Shown here one piece after another: positions 1 to 10,609 of a DNA stretch of 64,000 nucleotides. The notes under the pieces are model-generated. The model made no database searches. It was not told the origin of the DNA and was given only the letters and a program-made list of their open reading frames with translations. The DNA is from Hypanus sabinus (lineage: Eukaryota). Position numbers and translations under genes: made by a program. The DNA is taken from the NCBI RefSeq assembly GCF_030144855.1, contig NC_082721.1, positions 73,966,001 to 74,030,000 of the forward strand. The letters run 5' to 3'. Position 1 is the first letter of the stretch. Each line of letters begins with the position of its first letter.

Positions 1-1730
1 TGCCGCCCACTCGCAGTTCTGGGCAGGGGACCCACAAAATCCACAATGACTCGGGAAAAGGTTTCCCCAAAAGTGGGTATCGGTCGAAGGGGTGCCTTAG
101 GGATAACCTGATTTGGTTTTCCTACTAACTGACATGTGTGACACCTTCTACTATAGTCAATAATATCCTTCCTCATATTTGGCCAGTAAAAGTCTTTCAT
201 AACTCTATCTAATGTTTTCCTCACTCCAAAGTGTCCACCTAAGGGTATCATATGGGCCAGGTTCAAAATTTCGTCCCGATAATCATTTGGAACCACCGCC
301 TGTTGTGTCACCGCACAGTCCTCATCTGCCGGCACGGAGGTCGACCTCCACTTTCTCATTAATACTCCCTCCTTCATATAGTAACCCTCTGGTTCTTTCT
401 TAATTCCTTCCTCCGAGAGAGCTGTATTTTCCAATGCCACAAGTTCCTCATCATGTCTCTGCTCCTTTATAAGTTCCTTCCTCGCTAATGACAAATCCAC
501 CTCCTCTCCCTTACTTTCCTCAGTTCCACTATCCTTTTTAACCCCTCCTGACACAAGGTCTGTAAAAACGTCTCAGCTAAATCAACGCCGGACTCAGTTA
601 AATCTGTGCCCGTCTCTGCCACTTTTCTCGACATGCTGCGAATTGCTGCGCAGGCGGGATAAACCTTAGAATTTATATGCTTGCTCGTCAGCGTCATTGC
701 TAAGTACACATCCCCACGGGCAAGATCATTATCGATTAGGACATCCACGTCATCCATGGGAGTTCAGACCGCACCCCTACTGTGACTGGTCCGGATACCT
801 AGTCACAGTTCAGATATATCTTGTGCAAAGGTACGGCTTCAGCTCCTTGTCTGATAACTTTTATCACATTTACCTCCCCGGTCTCGGTCTCAGCACCGAA
901 CTCTAACACCTTCGTTAAGATCAATGACTGATCTGCCCCAGTATCTCTCCAGATCCGCACTGGAACTGGAGTTTCCCCCTCATTCACGGATACCAACCCG
1001 TCCAAAATAAATTCCTCGCGACCGTCTTGGGCTCTATCTAACCTCTCCCTCTTCATCGGGCTGTTGACCGGCTCAATGCAACCAGTCGGGGTTGCTGTCT
1101 TTCCTTTTCCTGATTTTTTATTCGGAGCCAAGCACTTAGATGCTATGTGACCAACCTTCCCAAATTATAACACGTAAAACTGGGAAACATCGTTCTAGCC
1201 TGCTTGTCCTCCTCCTTACCCTTTCCACTAGTCCACGACTTATTCTCTGACTTAGCCGATGGGCTTCTTTACCTTCCCTACTACCTCTCTAGTAGTTCTT
1301 ATTTGGGGAAATTTTTATCTTGTGTGTTAAGGCATACTCGTCTGCTAACTTGGCATTCGCAGATAGAGTCTCTGCTTCCTTCACATCCAAGTACATCCTC
1401 ATACCCTCAGGGACGCAACTTTTAAACTGTTCGATCAGCATCAGCTGTTGCTGTTTATCAAAATCTCCATTGACCCCTTTTGAGGCACACCAACGGTCCC
1501 AATACATTTTCATCTCACGGGCAAACTCTAAATACGTGCAGTCCCACGGCCTCCTCAAATTCCGGAGCTTCAGCCAGTACGCCACTGGAACCAACTCGTA
1601 ACTCCTTAGTATAGCCCTTTTTACTTCATCATAATCTTTAGCCTCATCCATAAACAATGCTGAATAGGCTTGCTGAGCCTTCCCCTTAAGTACACTCTGT
1701 AACAGAACAGCCCACTTCCCCTTAGGCCAG
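1..1730 (-). mobile_element. Gmr1-like Ty3/Gypsy LTR retrotransposon internal fragment (SCAN-like gag, zinc knuckle, protease, integrase start); degenerate, runs off the left edge
   Basis: Minus-strand translation gives gag KWAVLLQSVLKGKAQQAYSAL..DYDEVKRAILRSYELVP (about 1289-1725), a frameshifted CCHC knuckle CYN-GKVGHIASKC (about 1130-1180), protease RDTGADQSLI (ORF 799-1131), then integrase GGHFGVRKTLDRVMKDFYWP..CHTCQLVGKP..RVIVDFVGPLP (1-240). Confidence 0.92.
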
Positions 1731-2449
1731 TTATAAAACTCTGTTCCAGCTTCAGAAGAAGTGTTGTTTCCATATTGTGGGAATGATATGTGTGCATTAG
1801 ATAGGTGGCAAAGTTATTGTTCCTATGCCCACATTGGCTATTGTCAGACTGTGATAATCCCAATTTCCAATGATTGTGGCATTTAAACATTTTTCCTTTT
1901 ACCACATGGGTTTCCTCCTGGCAAACCGATCCTTCCATATATCACATAAACAGGTTTGTAGGTAACTTTACCAGTAAATTGCATGGAGAGGTAATGCACT
2001 GTGACTATTCTGTGATTTAATAACCTGGAAAAGTGTTTTTTTAAGAATGAAAATCATATTGATGCTTGTACCACTGCCAACAGAGCAGTGACATACAAGA
2101 TGAAGTGATGTGGTTAACCTGAGCTTAACACTTCCCAACCTACTCTCACTCCCATTCTGATCCACTGGACTGTCCCTTCCCTTAAGTCCCGCACCACCTA
2201 AAGAGGTGGAACCACTACTTTTCTGCAGAGTGCCACTTGATGACTTGTTCTTGAAAATATTCAGTATCAGTCTTTATACTCATGATGCCTGTTCTGCTTT
2301 GAATATCTGGCCTCCAGTGATAGCCTCAATCACTTTGTGAAGCATGCTATTCCCTAGTGACTGTGCAAGCAAAGTTATTTCATCATCCTTTCCTCTTAAT
2401 TACAACATATTAAAACATATTGATTACCAAATGTTTATCTCCATCTAGA

Positions 2450-3440
2450 GGGCATGAGCACAGGTGCACCTCAGGGATGTGTTGTCAGCCCACTGCTCTA
2501 CTCTCTATATACACATAACTGTATACATATGCGTAGCTCAAATGACATTTATAAACTTGCTGATGATAAAACCATTGTTGGCAGAATCTCAGATGGAGAT
2601 GAGAGGGCATACAGGAGCAACATATTCCAGCTGGTTGAATAGTGTCACAGCAACAGCCTTGCACACAAAGTCAGTGAGACCTAAGAGCAGATTGTGGACT
2701 TTAGAAAGGGTAGGACAGGGGAACACAAACCAATCTTTATAGAAGTATCCAAAGTGGAGAGAGTGAGCAATTTCATGTTCCTGAGTGTCAGGATCTCTGA
2801 GGGCCTAACCTGGTCTCAACTTATCAATGCAGCTATAAAGAAGGGAAGTCAGTGTCTACATTTCATTATGACTTTAAAGAGATCTGCTTTGAAACCTAAA
2901 ACACTCAAAAAATTCAACAGATGTGCAGATGTACTATGGAGAGCATTCTGACAGGCTGCATCACCATCTGGTATGGGGGGGTGGGGGTGCTACCACAATG
3001 GATCAAACAAAGCTATAGAATGTTGTAAAATTGGTCAGCTCAGTCATGGGTGCCAATCTCTGTAGTATCCAAGACATCTCAGAAAGGCAGTGTCCATTGT
3101 TAAGGACCCCCATCACTCTGGACATGAACCCTTCTCATTGTTACTGTCAGGAAGGAGGTACAAAGCCTGAAAGTTCGTACTCTGTGATTCAGGGACAGCT
3201 TCTTCCTCTTTGCCATCTGATTCCTAAATGGACATTGAACCCATGAACATTTCCTCAATTTTATTAATTCTATTTTTGCACCATTTTTAATTTAACTATT
3301 CAATATACAAATGAATACCTATTGTAAATTATTTACTTTGTTTTCTCTATTATCATGTATTGCATTATACTGTTTCTGTTATGTTAACAAATTTCACAAC
3401 ACATGTCTGTGATAATAAACCTGCTTGGATTCTGATTCAT
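2450..3440 (+). mobile_element. Rex1/Babar-type LINE, 5'-truncated (RT C-terminus plus 3' UTR)
   Basis: ORF 2454-2642 STGAPQGCVVSPLLYSLYTHNC..YKLADD, continuing in DFRK..IEVSKVERVSNFMFL; ends in gataataaac..gattctgattc tail. Confidence 0.85.
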
Positions 3441-4086
3441 TATCTTTTGCTAACAGTGAAGAATGAGGATGGAAGGAAGTGCAGTTTCCTGCATGGATGC
3501 TCAGAAAACAAATGATAAATTCCTGCACAAAAGACTGGTCAGCAAAACCGAGGCCAGTGGTTGTGGAGGGAAGGGAGAGAGCAAACAATGGGAGAAAGGT
3601 TCATCAACATGGAAAGCAGTACAGCACTAGGGATTACCATTTGAATTTTCTGTCTGGAGGGTGGTAAAGAAGTGATTTTCCCTGGGGTCACAGATTTTAT
3701 TGTTACATATGTAAATTATTTTGGCCTGGGTGTGTGAGGTAATCATTTCAAATCTATGGAGATATAAAGCTTGCAAATGTGATAAAACTGAACATATCAG
3801 CAATGAGCTGCACGGAGATCTAAGAAAAGTAGAAATATTAAAAAAACCTCAGCAGATCTGGCATTCTGTGTGCTTCCTGCATGTTCTGCTTTTACTTCAG
3901 ATTTTAATTTTCATGTTTTTAATTAGCAAGATGATGTACAGTTGACACTGTGAGTGGATAGATTTATAAGAGGGAAATAGTATTTAACACAGTGTGAAGA
4001 AAGAACAATTTGATGGAAAGAACAAGGAGTAACAATATAAATAGCACAGTTCCAAATGTTGTACAGGAGGAGAGGTTCTGGGTGCT

Positions 4087-4455
4087 TAGAACACTACACA
4101 ACTGCACAGAAACAGGCTCTTCGGCCCATCTCGCCCATTTAGTTCCACTGACCTGCCCCTGGACGACAGCCCTCCATACTCCTCCCATCCATGTACCAAT
4201 CCAAATTTCTCTTAAATATTTCAATCAAACATGTATGACCACTTTTGCTGGCAGTTTGTTCCACACTCACCACTCTGAGAGAAGTTTCCCCTTGTGTTCC
4301 CCTTAAACATTTCATCTTTTACCCTGAAGCCATGACCTCCAGTTTTCAGTGTTCCCTGATCTTGATGGAAAAAAGTCTGCTTGCATTTACCCTACATATA
4401 ACCCTTGTAATTTTGTGCACCTCTATCAAATTTCTCATCATTCTTTTATGCTCAT
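4087..4455 (-). mobile_element. CR1 LINE 3' end fragment
   Basis: Reverse complement resembles the 3' end of the long CR1 at about 57450-57833 (MKYLREIWIGTWMGG frame, ggcctgtttctgtg tail). Confidence 0.7.
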
Positions 4456-5159
4456 ATGCAATTAAGAGTGGTATGGCAAGTGAAGCAAGGTAAGTGAAGC
4501 ACATGGAATTCTAAGCTTTCTGAATACAGGCATTGAGCATAAAAAAAGGTGGCTCTATTGCATCTTTATTGAACACTGATTAAGCAGAATTCTGGTCACT
4601 TCACTACTCCTTGCCAAGAATGTGAATGTGGCTGTATTATGCACAATATACTGCAATAGGTAGACAATATAATAAAATCCTGAGCCTGCCAATGAGACAC
4701 CATCATGAGGATTGGCCTAACATTGTAAATGCAGACTTTTAAAAATAAAGCTTCAAATCCAAAGCTGCTGGCACGAAAGCCAATGTTGGTGGGAGATAAT
4801 TATTTTAAGAAATGTCAAGCTAACATGTACGCTGGTGAATATTTTGCAGAATGGTGGGTATGAGTCAAAGGACAGTAGTAGGAGTTAAACCTCATGAATT
4901 GGGTTCCATTCCCGGTGGCACTTTGTTAGTCAGTGGGCTGACAGGACAAATGTAACACTGTGAATGATAATTTGGAGTGAGGTGAGGATGGTGATTTCAG
5001 AATCAATACCTCAGCATGTGGGGACAGATTGAAAAATATTAAGTGAATAGAGAAGATCTATGCAATTTGGTTCCCAATGTTGGACCATGTCATGCAGGGT
5101 AACCAGTGATTTAAAATCTTGCTTGCCTGAGATTGCTTGTTTTTCAATAATACAAACCA

Positions 5160-6120
5160 CTTCAAAATTCAAAGTAAATGTTACTATCAAAGTGCATGCA
5201 TGTCATCATATACAACCCTGAGAGCCATTTTACGGTGGGCATACTCAGCAAATCTATTGAACAGTTACTATAACAGGAACAATCAAAGAACTCTTTGTTC
5301 TTCTGCCATCAGGTAAACGTTACAGGAGCATCAAAACTAAAACCACAAGGCTACTAAATAGCTTCCTCCCATGGGCAGTCACACTGCTAAATAGCTGCTC
5401 TACGTGACTCTGCTTTGGACACTTTTAACTTGCACTGGACACTTATAACTTGTTTTTAACTGACGTGTGGCTGTTGTGTTTTACTATTTATTGTTATGTT
5501 TATTATTTAATGTTGCGTTGGTTATGTTATGATTGCACTGCTCCTGGGAAACGCTGTCTCATTCTGCCCTGCAGAGCTGATGTATGGTTAGAATGACAAT
5601 AAAGTTTTTGAATATTGAATCTTGAATCAACCAGGGTGCAGAAGATAACATACCGTGCAAATACAAACATTAATAAATAGTAAAAAATAATAAGAACATG
5701 AAATAACATGATAAAGATTCCTTAAAGAAAGATCAAACATGAGGAAATCTGCAGATGCTGGAAATTCAAGCAACACACACAAAATGCTGGTGGAACACAG
5801 CAGGCCAGGCAGCATCTATAGGAAGAAGCACCGTCGATGTTTCGGGCCGAGACCCTTAATTGGTTGTGGGAACTTCTCAATGGATGGCAAGTGAGTGCAA
5901 TTAACCCCTTTTTCAAGCCACTGATGCTTGAGGGGTAGTAACTGTTCTTGACCTGGTGGTGCAAGTCCTGAGGCTCTTGTACCTTGTGCCTGATGCCAGC
6001 AGCGAGAAAAGTGCATGGCCTGGATGGTGAAGATCTCTGATCATGGAAGTTGCTTTCCTATAATAGTGTTTCATGCAGATGTGCTCACTGCTTGGAAGGG
6101 CTTTACCAGTGAAGTGACTT
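5160..6120 (-). mobile_element. Rex1/Babar LINE 3' fragment interrupted by a second Rex-type tail (about 5290-5627, +) and a Penelope end (about 5735-5857, -)
   Basis: ORF 5913-6146 RKATSMIRDLHHPGHALFSLLASGTRYKSLRT is the Rex1/Babar C-terminus; the inner + copy ends aataaagtttttgaatattgaatcttgaatc; 5735-5857 matches the Penelope terminal sequence also at 17600-17737 and 44318-44455. Confidence 0.75.
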
Positions 6121-6619
6121 CTGCCTACTACAAACATTGACAGCAATATATATTGTACACTTGTACAATATACAAGTAAAATAAACAGCGAAGTTATCAG
6201 TGAACTTTACAGAGTGGTGCAGACTTCAATTCATCAATTTCCGAATATGGCAACACATTTTTTAAATTTTTTTCAAAGTATCTTGAAATGTCTTTGTCAC
6301 AATATGCCCTTTTTCAATTTCTGTTTGTGTACTTTACAATGCAATTCTGGGAAATAAGGCTGAAGACTACTATGGGGATCTCAGAAGAGTGTTAACGATT
6401 GTCCATAATTGCCTGTGACTGTACATGATTTCAGGATAAAAACAAAATGATCAGCTAAAGATAGAAGACTGGGTGTTCTTGTTGCCACAACATCTAAAGG
6501 TACAGGTTTGTGGAAAAGTTGCAAAAACCACTTGCACATCTGGGCCTGGCTTTCCCACATAAGGCTAACTGATTTCAGTTACACAGTGGAGAGAGTTTTG
6601 TTCAGCAAAATATAAAGAC

Positions 6620-6985
6620 ATTTGGCAAGGCAGAGTTGTGTGGAACAAACGAGTATTGCAGAGGACTTTACATACGGCTAATGCAAATTAGCAGGGATAC
6701 TGTGGAAGATGAATTGGTGAACTGTATTTGGCTAGGTACAGGAAAGTATTGGGGAAAGTATAAAGGTAAGTTTTTTTTTTGCACAGAATGGTGAGTGCAT
6801 TGAACACACTGCCAGTGGTGGGGTGGATGTTGTTTTAAAAGACTTTTAGATATGCTCATGGATGTAAGAAAAATGGTGGATTATGGACCATGGAAGGAAG
6901 TATATATTGATTGTTGTGTAGATTTATGTAGATGGGGGCAGCATTGTGGTCCAAAGGGGCAATACTGCACTGTACTCTTCTATGA
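6620..6985 (+). mobile_element. CR1 LINE 3' end fragment
   Basis: ggtaagtttttttt..cacaga..gtgagtgcattgaacac..tgtactcttctatg, collinear with other CR1 3' ends in the window. Confidence 0.65.
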
Positions 6986-7139
6986 GCCTTTTATCCAGCA
7001 TTCTCAAATACAATTTACTTCCATCATACTTTACCCTCCCTAAATCTACTGAAATTTCTCAGTGGCCTTAATGATGAAATGGCAATAGAATATGAGAACT
7101 TTCTTGCTCAGTAGAATATTGCCATATGATTCCATCTTC

Positions 7140-7925
7140 TACTTCAAATGTTTCAATTTACTATCAGAGAATGTATGCAGTATACAACCTGAAATTCTTA
7201 CACTTCACAGAGAGGTCCACTAAGCAAGAACCGAAAAGGATGAATAATGGCAACATCAGGACCCCAAGTCCCTCCCTCCCATGCACAAGCAGCAGCAGAA
7301 CTGTCAGCACTTCTACTTTCACCAACACTGAAACACTGAAACCTCCCACCGCAACCATGCAAGGAATAGCATATGCTCCCAAAGAAACCTTGAGCTGTAG
7401 TCCATATGCCAACACTTCAGACAGGCTCTCTTTCACCATCGAGGGAGAGATTGATTGCTTCTACAACAACAAGAGGGGAGAAGGGTAGCTCACTGTTTCA
7501 ATGTTACAATCTTCCATGTTGCTTCTACAAGCTCCATAACGTGAGGACCGACAGGCTCTCAATCACCAACAAAAGAGAGGGAGAGAAAGGGTTCGCTCGA
7601 GTACTGTGGCTTCTTCCAACTGCAGCACAACTCGCTTCTTGTCCCGATATTTCCGTTGCCCACAACTCTTTAATTGGTGAGAAACCTGGTCTTCTATCGG
7701 CCTCTCCCTGAAGGCACACAGTTTCCAAGTCACTCTCAGAGATAGTGAAATGTCAGGCTGCGTAAAGTGTGCAAAAACCCACCGCTTGCAAAGAATCATG
7801 ACTATAAATCATGGACACCTTGAAAAGAGAAAAAAGAATCAGGAAAAAAAAAGAATAAACAGTTTCATGGACAAACTGGAAGAAGTCACCGAAGTCTGTA
7901 AAAACTGCTAGCACCATATTCTTGA
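7140..7925 (-). mobile_element. Non-coding SINE-like element with a Rex1/Babar-type 3' tail
   Basis: The minus-strand 3' end (aagaatttcaggttgtatactgcatacattctctgatagtaaattgaa) resembles tails at 5160-5220 and 9280-9345; no RT coding; internal imperfect direct repeat at about 7420-7490 and 7520-7595. Confidence 0.5.
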
Positions 7926-8049
7926 AATCATTTTCCATTGCAAATGTTCCTGTTCCAGGGCAAAAAAAAAACAATTATTTTCCTTTAAATGTCTCAGGAT
8001 TTTTTTTAAATAAATGATTGTTGCATCTGTGCAAACTGCCTTTTCTCAC

Positions 8050-8136
8050 CTGTATTTTAAATGCACAAGACTCTGCAGAATTACTTTTTTCCATCTCTTT
8101 ATTAAAGTCTCTGCCTATTCTCTGTTTCGTCATTTT
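8050..8136 (-). other. Candidate exon (87 nt, phase 0-0, open): KMTKQRIGRDFNKEMEKSNSAESCAFKIQ
   Basis: Acceptor catttactgcag| and donor CAG|GTGAGA on the minus strand in non-repetitive DNA; no stop codon. Confidence 0.4.
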
Positions 8137-8679
8137 CTGCAGTAAATGGACCATGTATTTCAGCAAATTAGGATAAAGCAGTCCTATGCAGCATCTTGAA
8201 CTGTTTTCTCATGTTGAAGGCATTTAAACTAAGAATAAATGAGATCTGAGTACGAGAATGCTCACAGCACTTTAATTTTCTTTATGAGATCTGAACAGTC
8301 TGATGGATCTTTCCAGCTTTTTCTGTTGTTATATATTGTGGTTGAGAAATGAAACTAAGTCAACACCAATTATCTGCTTCCAGGAGGACCTTTTCACATT
8401 TCATCCAGATTTGCATGGAAGATAATTTGTGAATTCACTCTTGAAAGGCATGGCTCGAATTTTTAGTGGGTACTATCATCTTTCAGGTGAATAGGGTAAT
8501 TTTATTTTGTCACAAGAATATAACTCATTGTTTAAGACCCACAGTATTGTGTACAGTTCTGGTCAAAACACTATGGCAATGATGTGACAGAAATAGAGAA
8601 AGTACGGAAGAGATTGACCAGAATGTTGCCTGGAATGGAGAGCTGTGGTTATGAGGAAAGTACTTGAGGAGAAATCTAA

Positions 8680-9420
8680 CACAGAATTTGAAGAGTTGCA
8701 GCTTCAAGTACCACCTGACATTAAGATCCTTCATTGTCTGAGTCCATGTCAATGCTCTGTGGTCTGAGTAAAGGTCAAACGCTCTGCCAAGGAGGTAGTA
8801 CCAGAGACTCTCAAGAGCCCAGCTAATGTCCAGAGACTCCCTTTCAATGGTGCAATAGCTAGTTTTCCTTGGAGGAGCTTTCTGCTAAGGTAAAGAACAT
8901 GCCACTCTTCTCCAGGTTGTCCTAAGGCCATCACTGCTCCTGATGAACCCACCTGGATAAGAAATAATTTGTCAAAGTCTGGGCTCTGAATAACAAATGA
9001 AGAGCACGTGTTTGCTCTAAGGGTGTGAAAAGTGTTGTCACACTCATTGTCCACATCACTTGGTTGCTGAAAAGTTTCCCAGCATGATTAGTCGGATGTG
9101 CAGCCAGAGAGAGGAATTTTGGAATGAACCTGCAGCACCACCCTACCATACTGCATCTCCTTTTTGGAGTGAGGGCAAAGACTGTTGAAGATTGCTTCCA
9201 TTTTGTTCACTTGTGCTTGAACCACTCCATCCTGCTTAAAGATACTGTTCTTAAATTTGCTAAGTATACCCGCTGAAAAAGAAACTCAGGGTTGTATGTG
9301 GTCAAGTGTATGTACTCTGACAATAATTTTTACTTTGGAATTTGAGCTGGTAGCCAAGGTATTTGATTTTTGTTTCTGCCCTTTCGCATGTTTGTAGATT
9401 GAAGGTGAGACCACCAGCAT
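8680..9420 (-). mobile_element. Gypsy pol fragment (RT end and RNase H), old and frameshifted; contains a Rex-type tail at about 9244-9345
   Basis: GWCCRFIPKFLSLAA, SPDFDKLFLIQ, GQPGEEWHVLYLSRKLL and RWYLKLQLFKF in successive minus frames. Confidence 0.8.
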
Positions 9421-9424
9421 GAAA

Positions 9425-10050
9425 CACCAGAATGAAACACCTCATTTCAAGAGGTCTAGAATACAAGAGCAAGGATGCGATGCTGAGGCTTTATAAGGCA
9501 CTGGTGAGGCCTCATCTTGAGTACTGTGAATAGTTTTGGGCCCCACATCTTATAAATAATGTACTGGCATTGGAGAGGATCCAAAGGAAGTTCACAACGA
9601 TGATTCCAGGAACAAAAGGGTTATCATACCAGGAACTCTTGATTGCTCTCTGCTCTGTACTCATTGGAACTCGGAAGGACGAGGGGGTGATATCATTGAA
9701 ACATTTTGAATGTATAAAGGTCTAGACAGGGTAGATGTGGAAAGGATGTTTTCCATGGTGGTGGAGCCTAGGACAAGAGTGCTTTACCTCAGGATGGAGG
9801 GGCGCCCTTTGAAAACAGAGAGGCGAAGTTTCTTTAGCCAAAGGGTGGTGACTTTGTGGAATCTGTTTCAACATGAATTTGTGGAGGCCAGGTCTTTGGG
9901 TGCATTTCCAGCAGAGAGTGATAAGTTCTTGAATGGACGTGGCATCCAAGGTCGAGGGGAGAAGTCCTGGAACAAGGGTTGAGGAGAAAATAAATAAAGG
10001 GAACAAACTCGGTGCATCAGATGGCCTAATTCTACTCCTATGTCTTATTG
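9425..10050 (+). mobile_element. CR1 LINE 3' fragment
   Basis: RGLEYKSKDAMLRLYKALVRPHLEYC..; ORF 9710-9982 KGLDRVDVERMF..FFSQRVVTLWN; tail cctatgtcttat. Confidence 0.85.
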
Positions 10051-10084
10051 GCCTATGTGGCTGGGCATGAAAAGCACTATTACT

Positions 10085-10457
10085 GCATTATCCCCATGCA
10101 ATTTGACAGAGCTTGAGCAATTTTGTAAAGAAGAATGTGGGAAAAATTGCAGGGTCCAGATGTGCAAAGCTGATAGAGAACTATCCACATAGACCCAAGG
10201 CTGTAATTGCTGTAAATGTGCATCTACCATAATTGAGTTGCAGGGTGTGAATACATATCCAATCAAATATTTCATGTTTTATATTTGTAATTAATTTAGA
10301 TAACTTAGTAGAGATCTGTTTTCACTTTAACATGGACTTGTCTTTTTCTGTAGATCAGTGTAAAATAGCCAAATTAAATCCACTGTGATTCAATGTGATA
10401 AAAAAATAAAATCTGAAAATTTGCAAGAAGAGGGTGATTTTTTTTTATAGCTACTGA
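10085..10457 (+). mobile_element. Tc1/mariner transposon right end (transposase C-terminus and TIR remnant)
   Basis: PCNLTELEQFCKEE..KIAGSRCAKLIENYPHRPKAVIA is the typical Tc1 C-terminal helix region. Confidence 0.8.
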
Positions 10458-10609
10458 CAAATAGAGTACTGTGCAAATGTCTCAGGCATCCAAGCTTTGT
10501 TTTTTTTTTAAATATTCAATTTTTAAGATAGTAACATAGAATGAATAGAATAATAGAATAATATGATGACAACCCTCCCCACTCCTAAACCCTCCCCCCT
10601 TAACATCCT

